A DNA stretch of 63,141 nucleotides, filler included, from Reclinomonas americana ATCC 50394 (taxonomy: Eukaryota): NCBI GenBank assembly GCA_048213135.1. It is 13 parts of 13 records of this genome, joined end to end, with 100 filler letters (N's around TTAATTAATTAA, not from the genome) between each part and the next. Parts side by side here need not be neighbours in the genome. Positions count along the whole stretch, not along the records: positions 22,925 to 25,274 come from AFZH01018373.1; positions 25,375 to 29,326 come from AFZH01018375.1; positions 29,427 to 35,527 come from AFZH01018376.1; positions 35,628 to 45,657 come from AFZH01018377.1; 9 more parts are not named here. One strand, written 5' to 3'. Below are positions 23,807-35,683 of this stretch, one piece after another. Below the pieces are notes generated by a model. It saw only the letters and a list, made by a program, of their open reading frames with translations. It was not told the origin of the DNA and searched no databases. Both the position numbers and the translations under genes were made by a program. Position 1 is the first letter of the stretch. Each line of letters begins with the position of its first letter.

Positions 23807-24542
23807 ATGCACCCTCTTCTGCTCCTTGCCGCCATTGTGGTGACGCTGCTGAGTTTCAGCACACTGTCCGCCCATGCGCTGTGCGAGAACATGAGTGAGA
23901 GCGACGACATGTGGTACTGGTAGGCGCGATGACGTTAGCAACAAGACGTGTACCAGGCGCACTCCTCTCTCTCACCCTCCTCCTCCTCCTCCTCCTCCTT
24001 CATGCAGCTTGCCCTGCGGAGGCATCTACACGTGCTCCAACATGGTCGACCCTGCCGATTCGTGCTGGACCAGCAGTGTGCCGGACTGCCATCTGCCCCA
24101 CTTTTCAAACCAGTGGCTGTGCTGTCGCAACTGTGACGTCAGTGGCGCTGGCGAGTGTACCTGGCTCGGCAACAATCCCGGGCCGACGCCGCCCGGTCCC
24201 ACTCCGCCTGGCCCCACTCCGCCAAATCCCGATCCCGGCAACCGTGGCTTCTGCCTGGGCGGACCCGGCTGCTCGTGCATTGGCGGCGCTGTCGGGCAGG
24301 TTTGCCTGCTGGTGTTTCTCGGAATCATGCTTGTCGTCGCCATCATCGTGGTCGTCACGGTGCTGCTCGTCATGCGCTACAACCGGCGCCGGCGCAAGGC
24401 GCGCGAAATGGCACCGGTGGAGTACCGACACCTTCCGACCCCGTCCGGATCCGAACCGGCAATGGAGGCCTACAGCTACAATGGTGCGGCCCCCGTGCAG
24501 CCGTCTGGGCAGCGGCCGTCTGGGTTCTCGGTGCAGAACTAG
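23807..24542 (+). CDS. Type I membrane protein: signal peptide, Cys-rich ectodomain, (GPTPP)3 stalk, TM, short tail
   Basis: MHPLLLLLAAIVVTLLSFSTLSAHA signal. Intron 23914-24007 joins it in frame to LPCGGIYTC...; TM LLVFLGIMLVVAIIVVVTVLLVM is followed by the RYNRRRRK stop-transfer. Confidence 0.8.
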
Positions 24543-25381
24543 CAAGGAAGGGGAAAGAGAATCACACAAGTCAGCAAGACAGAGCGCGAGCGTGTTGACG
24601 AATGAATCGTTGCTCAACATGACCTGCTCTTTTTTGTGTTCAACATAGTTGCCAAAGGTGACGCCTTCACTGCTTTGCCTGGCACACAGATCCGGACCGC
24701 ATCGGCTTGTATTCTTGCAGTTTCTTCCAGAGGAACAGCAGTCACAACAAACGGGGCTTTTCATTTGCAATCACTCTTTCCAGTAAAACTATAAGAGTAA
24801 GAGCAGAGCGTCAGCAACTGAATACAAACAAGAGAAGAACGGACAGATACAATTGGATTACGATTGTGACTGCTCCGTTCTTCTCTTCCAGAAACCTCAG
24901 TATACTAAACAGTAACTATCACAAACTGCAGTTGCAATTTGAATTGTTGAAGGGTCCTCGGCCGGATCTGAATGAAGCAATGCAGAACTTTATAGCTCGA
25001 CAGCTGTTTCAAAGGGGAGGATGAAGAGGGTGCCAAAAGGTTTCAGCAGGAGTGGGGATCGCAGTTCTCGACTTGTTCAAGATCAGAATCCGAGAGCGAA
25101 CACACACAAAAAAAACCTGCTGCTGCCTCAAGACTGATGTTTGTGTTGATCAACAGTTGAACTTGGCTATCAAGACAGCTGTTGCTTGGTTGTTGGTGAA
25201 TGAATGTTGTTGCTAGCGAAGGCAAGCGTCATGATCAACGAATTCAACAGTGTTACGCACCCCACCGCCCCCCCNNNNNNNNNNNNNNNNNNNNNNNNNN
25301 NNNNNNNNNNNNNNNNNNTTAATTAATTAANNNNNNNNNNNNNNNNNNNNNNNNNNNNNNNNNNNNNNNNNNNNCGTCGTC

Positions 25382-25440
<59 letters not shown>

Positions 25441-25944
25441 GTTCTCGCTCGCCTGTATCATGTGCCGTGTTCTCAGCTGTCATGTTCTCAGCTGTCATGT
25501 TCTTCGCATCATTCTTTACCCCTGCTCTTTGCCGCTCTCGTCTTCCTCGCAGTTCGTGTGACATGCTTCTCTGATTGAAGGCTGCGTCGCTTCACTCGTA
25601 TTTTTGTCTCATCGCGTTTGTCTTGAACTTGATGCGAGGAGAAGGGGAGGCGATGGGGCAAGGGAGAGGAGAGAAGATGGGAGGAGAAGCTGAGGAGAAG
25701 GGAGAAGGAGGAGAGAGTGTGTATGCGCGCGCGCGTGAGAGGGAGATACTTTCGTTGACATGGCCACCGTGGCATCCATTCTGCCGCTCTTGACACCCTT
25801 TGTTTCCTTGTCGCTTTCTCTCGCCCACTCTGTCACTGTACGGTCTTCCTTCTCCCTCACTTTTCCTCTTTCCCCCCTTTTCCCTTCTCCCTCGCCCTTT
25901 CCCTCACCATCCCCCCTTCGCAGTTCGACTCCAAACCCGAATCC

Positions 25945-28831
25945 ATGACCTCACCCTCCCAAATCCCCCTCACCGGCGGCAGCAACCCCCGCTCCCTCGC
26001 CGAGATGGCCGACGAACCCCTCGACAAGATCGGCTGGTCCGTTTTCGGCAAGGTACGCACTCTTCCCTACCTCCCTCCCCCACACACTCTCCTCTCCCCT
26101 ACTCCCACTCACTTTTCCTACACCCCGCAGGTGCTGCTGGCCGGCTCCGGCTTCCTCGCCGACGCCTACGACCTCTTTGTGATCAACCCGGTGCTGGCGA
26201 ATCTCGCACTACTGCACCCGCTGACCAATTTCGACAAGTCACTCATCTCCTCGATGGCGCTGTGGGGAGCGGTGGCCGGCCAGCTGTGCTTTGGCCTGCT
26301 GGCCGACATTCTCGGCCGGCGCATCATTTTCATGTGCACCCTCGGCCTCATCACTCTCGGCTCGGTCGGCTCGGCGCTGTCGTTTGACACGCCCGCCTTT
26401 AGCGTGTACCAGCAGATTGCCTTGTGGCGCTTCTTCCTCGGCTTTGGGGTCGGTGGCGAGTACCCGCTGTCGGCCACGGTCGCCAACGAGGGCTCAACGA
26501 GGAGATATCAGGGGCGCATGATGGCCGCCGTGTTCTCCATGCAGGGCGTCGGCTCCATATTAGCCTCGGGTCTCGTCGCGCTGTGCCTGGCCATGGGCGC
26601 CAGTCACGAATTCACCTGGCGGTTCGCGCTGGGGTTCGGTGCGCTGCCCGGACTCATCACCTTCCCCTTCCGGTGTGCCATGGAGGAGACCGAGGCGTTC
26701 AAGGAGACGCAGGCGCAGGAGAAGAAGAGGGGGGCGGGGAGGGTGACCACGGTGGATCGGATGGTGGCGGCGGTGTTGCGTGATGAGGGAAAGGGGGAAA
26801 GGGGGAAAGGGGTAAAGGGGCAAGGGGGAGAAAGGGGGAGGGGAAGGAATAGGGGAAGGGGGAAGGGAGAGGAGAAGGGGAGAAGGGAGAGGGAAGAGAA
26901 GGGGAAGGAGTAGGGGGGAAGGGAACGAGGGGAGAGTACAAACTGCTCAATGAGAGCTGCTGGTAGGATTATGTAATGTGTTGGGTGGATGATAAACTCG
27001 AAGAGATACGGAGCGTGAGTGACAGCAGGGTGATGGATGGTTCTCTTCCCCTGCCTGCTACCGCCGATGTCTAACTTCTACCACACAGGCGTGCGTTTTG
27101 GAAACCGATGTTGGGCACGGCAGGCGCGTGGTTCTTGCTGGACGTGTTATTCTACGGTATATCCCTCCCTCCCCTTCCCCTTCTCTCTCTCCCCCCTCCC
27201 TCACCCACCTCCCACAGGCAACGGCCTCTTCACCGCGACCATCGCCCGCATTGCCGGCCTCGGCAGCTCCCCCGAGGACGACGCGCTGAATGCACTGTAC
27301 ATTGGGTGCATGGCGCTGCCGGGGTACTTTTTGACGGTGATATTCTTGGAGAAGGTCGGCCGCAAGCCGCTGCAACTGTTCGGCTTCCTCATGATCAGCG
27401 CCCTCTACTTGGTGCTCGGGCTGGCCTACAGTGCGCTCCTCGATGTGCCGATTGTGTTTGTGATTGTCTACGGGTGCACGTTTTTGTTTTCCAATTTTGG
27501 TCCGAATGCCACCACGTATATTATGCCGGGCGAGTTTTTCCCCACCCATGTGAAGGTTAGTGTGGGGGAAGGGTAGAGGGAGAAGGGGGAAGAGGGGGAG
27601 AAGAGGGAGGAGGGGGATGAGGGGAAAAGGTAAGAGGGAACAGGAGGTGACTGGGGGAGTGAAAGGAGCAAGGGTGTAAGATGAAGGATAAGAGAAAGAG
27701 AGTGGGAAAGGAAGGGACGAGAGCGGGAGAGTGACAAGAAACGAAGGAGAAAAGAGGATGTGAAGTGATTGGGAGAGAGGACTGGGAGTGCGAGTGTGGA
27801 AGCAATCGAATGTGAGTGCACGGACGAGATAACAGAAGAGTGAGGTAAAGGAAGGAGAAAAGGACGGGTGAGGTGGTGGAAAGCGAGAAACGGTGTCAGA
27901 TAGAGGAGATGAAGTGTGGGGAGGGAGTGGGTGAAGGAAGAGAGAAAGAGGAGGGAAGAGATGACGGTGAGTGTAAGTGTGCGAGAGAAGAAAAAGGGTT
28001 GGTGAGGTGGTGGGACGGAAAAGATGGAGTGCGCGGACGACAAGAGAGCCAGAAAGGGCCAATGGTCTACGCCCTCGTCTCAGATGTGAGAGCGAGATGA
28101 TAAGAGAGAGATTGAGATTGAAGCACGAGACAAGGGTGAAGTGAAGATCTTTCCTCCCTTGTTTTTGCATGTGCTGAATGTAGAGAGGCTGAGGGCAAAG
28201 CGATGAGAAGTGTTGGAAGGGCCAATGCTTTGTTGGTGAAAAGTCAGTTCGTTGCACTCCTTCTAGCCTGATGTCCCCGTTTGTTGGTGACTGATCGCTA
28301 CAGAAGAAAGTGATAGTTGTTGTTGTGGAGTAGAACGATCAGGAGCCAACTCATTCGTCGTCTCCAATCTTTCTACTTTTATTTGCTTGTTCTCCGCCCT
28401 CCCTCCCTCCGCCCTTGTCCTTTCCATGCACTGCATCTCACTCTCTTTTCTCACACAGGCCACTTGTCACGGCATCTCGGCAGCCGCCGGAAAAGTCGGT
28501 GCCGCCATTGCCGGCGCAGGGTTGCGTTCCTTTTCCTGATCCCACCTCGTCCCGTTCCTTTTCCTCACTCACGTTGCGCACCAGCTTCTCCCACCTCACC
28601 GACTGGGGCGGTCTCGACACGACGCTCATCATTTGTGCGTGCGTGGGCGTGGCCGGCGCCCTATGGACCGTGTTCCTGGTGCCCAACTACACGCCGAACA
28701 CGCTGGACGAGGTGCGAGACACGTACATGATGAGATACAATCAGTTGCTGGAGGAGAAGGTGGGCCTGCTGCAGAGCGACGCACTGGCCGTGGATGTTGC
28801 GAAAACAAAATCTGCCAACGTGGGCATATGA
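25945..28831 (+). CDS. MFS phosphate:H+ symporter (PHO84/PHT1-like), 6 exons
   Basis: AGSGFLADAYDLFVI, ADILGRR, WRFFLGFGVGGEYPLSAT, RMMAAVFSMQGVG, LGTAGAWFLLDVLFYGNGLF, FSNFGPNATTYIMPGEFFPTHVK|ATCHGISAAAGKVGA. Confidence 0.95.
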
Positions 28832-28926
28832 TGATGAATGCACTCGTCGTCAAGGCGGTTTTATGATTTCTTTTTGTTGGCCCCTCTCTGTACATGGTGG
28901 GGGCGGTGCGCGAAGGAGGCACAAAG

Positions 28927-31900
28927 TTATCCTGCGCCAGAGATGAGAAGGTGACAGACAACAAAGAGTGCGTGCGGGATACGAACCGCGATAGACGCGG
29001 GTCACCACATTGGTCTCGTCGACGCTGACGTTGACGCGATCGGGGCTTTTGAGGGGAAGGGAGTGAGGGGAGGACTGTGATGGTGAAGAAGGAGGGGAAG
29101 GAGAGAGACGCACCGGTAGTCCATGGTCACCTGCAGATTGCGGAGAGAGAGAGAGGGAGAGAGAGAGAGACGGGAGGTGAATGCACGTCATGCAGAGACG
29201 AAGAGCGATGCAAAGGAATGGACGTAGTGCGACGAAAAGAAATAATAATGGCTATGCCATGAACGAGACGGAGTGTGATGAGAAGAATGAGACGGAGCGC
29301 GGTGGGAACAAGAGAGCAGCACGGCGNNNNNNNNNNNNNNNNNNNNNNNNNNNNNNNNNNNNNNNNNNNNTTAATTAATTAANNNNNNNNNNNNNNNNNN
29401 NNNNNNNNNNNNNNNNNNNNNNNNNNATGAGGAGCATGAGGAGGAAGAGGAAGAGGACAGCAATGAGGAGAGGGGAAGACAAGAAGACAAGAGGAGAAGT
29501 CGTCGTTCTGCGGAGGGGGAGAAGGAATGAAGCAGAGTGAGAACGAGGTGAGACGAGCATGAGGAAGAGAACAACAAAGAGGTGAGGGGAAGACAAAAAG
29601 ACAAGAGGAGAAGTCGTCGTGCTGCGACAACGGGAAAGGGGGAAGGGAAGATTGAAGGGGGGAGGAGAGGAATGAAGCAGAGTGACAACGAGGCGAAGAG
29701 GAGGAAAAAAAAGAAGAGAACAGCAATGAGGAGAGGTGCGATGCCAGGAAGACTAGAGGAAACAAGACGGAGTTGGGAGAGAGAACGGGCAAAAAACGAG
29801 AGAATCAGTGACGAGAAAAGACGCAATAGAACGAGGAGAGCGAAGAGAAGGAGAAGGAACAAGAAGAGAAAGGGAGACTGAGTAAAAACAAAGAGAATAA
29901 AGGAGAGGGGAAGAACAGAAAGACAGGAGAGGTGAAAGAGAAGAAAGGAGAGAGCAGGAGAGGCGAAAGAGAAGAATGGAAAGTGCGAGGGCCATGGAGA
30001 CAAGGGAACAACTGACGGAAGGAGAGTGGGCGAGGAGGAAGAACAAGGCAGCACTAAGACGAGGGAAACAGAGCATGGAACGAGGGAAGGAAAGAAGCTC
30101 TGAGTCACACAAACTCAAGATGCGAAACGTTCATCTCACTCTTTCTGTGTAAATGCGTGAATGTGTGTGAGAGAGAGAGAGAGAGAGGAGGGAGAAGAAA
30201 GAGAAAGAGTACACGTGGTCAACAAGTGGCTCTCTCTCTCTCTCTGCGAGCACAACTCACCGCAAACGCGCACGACGCACACGCGACAACAACACACAGC
30301 GCAATCAACACAGTAAACCTATATACACACACGCGCACACTTGTGTGTGTGAGACACCAGCAAGGGATGCAACAGGCACCAAAAGCACACGAGAAGCGCA
30401 CCGCATCGCGATACAAATTACAATGGATGACAATCACGTCCGCCCACTTCATTCTTTCGCGACGTTCTCTCTGCTGTGCTCTGTGTTAGCCGCTCATCCA
30501 TTGTACACTCGCGTCACTGTGCGTGCGTCGTCAATCACCACGTTCACGCGATTCGGTCTGTGTCACAGAGACAGAGTGAGTGGCAAAAATGACGAAGGGG
30601 CAGACGAGAAGCCGCTTTGCACCTGTAGTCCATCGTCACCTGTGAGCACAGCAAGTGAGCCCACACCTCAATATGCGGCGATTCTCGTTGTAAAACAGCC
30701 TCTCTCACTTGTCTGCGTTCGAAACCAAGGAGAAAAGGACGAGGAGAAGGAACGAGAAGGAGGTAGACGCAAGAGCTCTCAACCAAGGAGAAGAGGAAGA
30801 GCAAAGAGGAGAAGAGCCGACGGAGGACGAGGAGGGACGAGGAGTACTCCCCACTCTTGCTTTTATCTGCTTCTGAAACAAAGGAGAAGTGGAAGGGTAA
30901 ACAGGGGAAGGAGGAGTCCAGCTCTCTTGTCTGCATCCACAACAAGGAAGGGAGGACAGAGAGGAGAGCACACATTCCTGCTCTTGCTCTCGTACGAAAC
31001 CAAGGAGATGAAGAACAAGCAGGAACAAGGAGTCAAGCTCTCTGGTCTGCATTTGAGAAACGAAGAGGAGGACGAGGAGGCATGAGAGGAAGGCAGGAGG
31101 AGTCTCTCTTTGTCTTGCTCTCATCGGCATGTGAAGGAAAGGAGAACTGGAAAGCAAAGGAAGAGAAGGAGAAGACGGAGACAGAGTCTGTCTCTCTTGT
31201 CAGCTTCGAGAAAGACGAGGAGTGGAAGAGGAGATATGAGAGGAAGGCAGAGATGCAGGAGAGTTCTTTCTCTCCCCACTTGTGCTCGGAGAAGTGGAAG
31301 AGCAGAAGAAGAAGGACGTAGAGCCTGTCTCTCTTGCCTGCATTAAGGTACGGGAGGAGTCTCTCTTTGTCTTTTGCTCCCCACCCTTGCTCTCATCTGA
31401 ATCTGGCGGAAAGGAGAAGCGGAAGAGCAAGAAGACGAAGGAGTCGAGTCTCTCATCACTCTTATCTGCATTCACGAAAAGGAGACCAGGAGGGAGGAAG
31501 AGTGGAGGAGTCAGAGTCGGTATCTCTTCCACTTACTCTCCTGTCTTCACTCGAGAAAAGGAGGAGGAGAAGAAGAAGGAGGAGGATGATGATGATGATG
31601 AGAGAAAGAATCAGGTGGAGTCTCTCGCTGCCTTTCTCTGTCTCTCACCTGATGAGAACTGCATGACTCTTCATTCTTTCTCTCTGCTCCTTCTCCCCTG
31701 CTTGCTCCTACTTATTCCCTCGCAAGCTCAACGAGCACTGCTCGCATTCTCTCTCTCCCTTTCCTCCCTTCTCTCTCTCCTCTCCTCCCTCACCATCGCT
31801 CCCGGCGGAATCACGCGATGCAGCAACGGCAGATCGACTTCAAACACCTCATTGGCCTCGGCAGCATGCGCACGACGATCAGCAGACACGTCGCCCTCGA

Positions 31901-32017
31901 CGAGGTGCTTGCCCACCCACCCAGAGAAGTCCTAGGAGAGAGGAGAGAGAGGAGAGAGTGAGAGTGAGTAGAGAGGAGACTGAGGAGGAAAGACAAGAAC
32001 GCGACTTGGTTGGCCAT
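28927..32017 (-). CDS. Small serine-protease inhibitor, peptidase inhibitor I78 / potato inhibitor I-like, 76 aa in 5 exons
   Basis: Exons 32017-32006, 31931-31794, 30639-30623, 29045-28987 and 28931-28927 splice to MANQDFSGWVGKHLVEG...DLPLLHRVIPPGAMVTMDYSPDRVNVSVDETNVVTRVYRG*, with the VTMDY.PDR.N...G motif. Confidence 0.85.
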
Positions 32018-32451
32018 GGCGTGTGTGCGAGCTGTCAAAATGATGAGGTGCGGGACAACCCGACACGGCTTTGAAGGGCTCCAGCAGACCGGGAAGTGCA
32101 AAGTAAGAGAGCGTGTTCACAACAACACAAGCACCATTCTTGCTTTGGATCGTTGCTCTCTCGGAGCTTCTGTTGCGATCCGCAAGGCTTGGACCACACG
32201 TCGCAGCTGTTTTGACCGCCCAGTCCAATCATGCCAAGCTTTGTTCTATCTTCCTTTGCTGACCACCTTCGTCTGGGTGCCTCAGTCCGACACGAGGGAG
32301 TACAGCTGCAGTCGACGACGGTGAAGAAGACGACGATGATGACGAGGAGGGTGAGCGTGACCGCCGCCTCTTGCGCTCGGGCGATGCGCTTGGCGCTGGT
32401 GCAACGGTGACCTGTTATACGAAAGAACTACAGCCTCATACTGCGTCTCCA

Positions 32452-33920
32452 TTAACCCGACTGCCAGTCTCCACAGCTGAAAGAATCTGAGGCCTTTCTC
32501 GTCACTCCTTCTCCCACTCTAGCTTCGATTCGAAGCACAAACTACTGTGCACTGGACCCTCTACTATTCGCTTGATCTCAGCATAAACTCTGCTTCCAAA
32601 TCTCCCTCTCTCTACCTCCCTCCCTGTCTCGCTCCTCCTTCTTGAATCTTGTCTTTCCAACCCCACTCTGACGCACAAACAACTGTGCGATACCAGCCAA
32701 GTAGACCTCCACTTCCACATGTTCCCACCATAAACTCACCCGCCTTTCTCCCTCTTTCCCACCTCACATCACCAGCACAAACCACCTTACACAGCATCTT
32801 CTCCTCTCCGACAACTTCCTCACTGTGGACCTCTCCTTCACCCTCCTCTTCTCCCTCTTCCCTGCAAGTGAACACCACCAATCCACCTCAAAATCCTCAG
32901 CACAATCTCGCTTCCGCTCCGTCACTGGACCATTCCTTCACCATCCCTTCCCTTCCACCTCTTCCCTGCAAGTGAGTATCTCAAATCCCCCTCAGCACAA
33001 TCGTGCCCTCCCCCTTTTACCCTCCCTCCCTCTCCGACAAGTATCACTCTCCCGCACACTGGATCTTCTCGCTCTCCCAACCCTCCCTGCCTCCCCCTCA
33101 AATCCTCAACACAAACCACCTTGCACTGCATCTTCTCCCATCCGACAAGTGAACACCTTTCCTTCACCGCCCTTTCCCTTCTTCCCTCTCAACACAATCC
33201 ACCTTGCACTGCACCATCTCCCCTCCGACAAATGAACACCTTCCCTTCACCGCCCTTTCCCTTCTTCCCCCTCATATCCTCAGCACAATCCACCTTGCAC
33301 TGGAGCCCTTCTCCTCCCCCCCCCTCCTTCTCACCCATATCGCTGATCAAACCCCCCCTTCTTCACATGCCGGCGAATCCTCGCCAACACCGGCGTGTCC
33401 AACTCATCCGTCGGCTCGCGCTTCCCCACCGCCAAGTAGAACAGATTCGGATCGCTCTCCTGCAACAGCCGCTCCAGCTGCAACAACTCCGCCTCCGGCA
33501 ACTCGTGAATGTGCTCGCGCGCAAACGACCCATAGATCAAGTCCGTCTCCAACCAGCCGCGCTTTCTCGATTGGTAGACCAGGCGTCGCCGCTTCGCCTC
33601 CCACGATTCGTTGGCCGGAGGTTCTGTAAGAGAGAGAAAGGATCAGAACTCCGCGGAGACAGTGAGCCAGCGAGGCAGAGCGGCGTACGTTGGCGATGGA
33701 TGACGATCTTTGAGTCAATGTCTTCGTTGAGCGAGGGCGCGACTCCGTAAATGTCGTCGAGTCCGCCGCCTCGCCAATTCGACGAGGATGATGACGAAGA
33801 TGATGAGGAGGAGCACATCATTGAGAATGTGGGGAGCAGCGCAGGACGGCGGATGTGTGGTGTGGCTGCTGCTGCGGATTCGCGCAGCAGGCCAGATGCT
33901 GCGCGCACGAGACGCAACAT
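32452..33920 (-). CDS. SDHAF2: Succinate dehydrogenase assembly factor 2 (Sdh5/SdhE flavinylation factor)
   Basis: Mitochondrial-type presequence MLRLVRAASGLLR; KRRRLVYQSRKRGWLETDLI; LLQESDPNLFY. The last exon (32476-32452) is inferred; an unspliced stop lies at 33331. Confidence 0.92.
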
Positions 33921-34202
33921 GAGAGTGGATCAAGAAATGTCCGGGACGGAGCTGAGGAGCTATGCTGTCGCTGTTGCGTGCAAGAGTGGCCGATGGTGTA
34001 AAGAAAGTGTAAGGAAAGTGGAGACAGGCATTCCGCGTTTTACATGTGGAGAGATGGCGTCGGATATGCGACGTCGAGCAACGTCGGGCCCTTACGAGCG
34101 CGTACTCGTCGATCCGGCGTGCGGAAAAGGTCGCACTGCATGTGATGCACATGTTCTCGATGCACTGCTACATTCAGCTGCGACGGGAGATCTCACAGTA
34201 GC

Positions 34203-34780
34203 GACGTCGACACGGTCCTCGACGAACGAGCGTGCACTCGGGGCCGGCAAGCAGCCAACACCATCGTAAGGAGTGTGTGGATGCGTTCTGTACATAAGCC
34301 AAGCGGTTGCTGTGCTTGTACGGGGACACAGACACGCGCAACCTCGACGTCGACTCTTTGCTAGACGAACGAGGCTGCGTATCGAGCCAGCAAGCAGCCT
34401 ACATCATAGCAGGCGGCACGTAGATGTATCCTCTTCACAAGCCAAGCGGCTACAACGCTTGCACGGCGACACAGATGCATGAAACCTCGACGTCGGCACG
34501 AGAGTCGACGAAGGAGCCTGCGCTCGGGGCCGGGAAGCACCCTACATTATAGCAGGCGGCACGTGGATGCTTCCTTCGCACAAGTCAAGCGGCTGCTGTG
34601 CTCGTACGGCGAAATAGACGCTCGCAACCTCGAAATCGACGTCGACTCACCGTAGACGAACGAGGCCGCGTATCGAGCCGGTAAGCAGCCTATACCATTG
34701 TATGCAGTCAACGATAGCCCCTTCTACGTGCAACGAGCGGCTGCAGTGCTTGCACGGCGACATACACGCAACTTCGACTG
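34203..34780. repeat. Intergenic tandem repeat, 4 diverged units of about 143 nt with A-B-A-B structure
   Basis: gacgtcg(a/g)c anchors at 34203, 34346, 34489 and 34638. Units 1 and 3 share ctcggggccgg; units 2 and 4 share cgtatcgagcc. Confidence 0.9.
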
Positions 34781-34935
34781 ACAAAAAAACCTTCTCACTG
34801 CTCTCCACTTCACGCAGCGCTTCCCCAAGCACTCCCTCTATTCCACCACTGCACCCACACTTCGCACACCACACAGCTGCTCCTCAACCAACCCACCGCA
34901 CCTCGCAGGACAAAACTCAGTCACACTCACAACAA

Positions 34936-35366
34936 ATGGCTTCTGCGGGCGCAAGCGGTGCCTCATCAGCTGCAGCGCCCTCTGCTGCCGCCTCCTCTGC
35001 ATCAGTGGTCGGTGGCTCCGCGCTGCTGTTCCCTGGCGACGGACAACATGACACTGTGCATGTGCATCCGCTCGTGCTCTTCTCCGTGGTGGATCATTGG
35101 AATCGGAGGAATGAGGGAGAGGTGGGTGGTCATGAAGGAGGAGAAGGGTGAAGGAGAAGAGGAAAGGGGGAAGGAGTGTGAGGGGTGCACATGTCCTGTG
35201 TAAATGTCGCACACACACACGCTCTCTCTTCCTCTGTGCTCTCTCTTGCACATGTGCTGCTGATGTGCGTAAGGGAGTGTTGTGTGGAGAGAAGGAGTGA
35301 GAGAGTTGACAAGCGACTTGTGTTGTTTGCTCATTGTGATGTGCTGATTTTGGACTTTCTCTCACA

Positions 35367-35401
<35 letters not shown>

Positions 35402-35485
35402 GAGAGAGAGAGACGTACGTCGTCGCCTCTACGTACTATCGTCTTCTTCGTTAGTTATGTACATCGTCTACTCGTCTCCGTTCCC

Positions 35486-35527
<42 letters not shown>

Positions 35528-35630
35528 NNNNNNNNNNNNNNNNNNNNNNNNNNNNNNNNNNNNNNNNNNNNTTAATTAATTAANNNNNNNNNNNNNNNNN
35601 NNNNNNNNNNNNNNNNNNNNNNNNNNNTCT

Positions 35631-35683
<53 letters not shown>

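Noticed and set aside
26778..27088. Possible GC-AG intron in the phosphate transporter
   Set aside because: The GTTGCG donor at 26775 gives the same frame and fits the recurrent donor class.
32018..32451. SDHAF2 and the I78 inhibitor as one spliced bicistronic or fused transcript
   Set aside because: A good acceptor at 32477 ends SDHAF2 at 32452; the further acceptor-like sites are unsupported without cDNA.
34398..34490. Faint similarity of the 143-nt unit to 5S rRNA (gcctac..catagc, aagccaagc) or to ankyrin repeats (SLHH..HVDV)
   Set aside because: 5S helices and box C are not recoverable; the period is not 99 nt and frames are broken.
35410..35490. acgtacgtcgtc/tacgtact-rich stretch next to a gap (also about 22745-22800)
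   Set aside because: Resembles TACG flow-order dephasing at pyrosequencing read ends after (GA)n runs; likely artefact.
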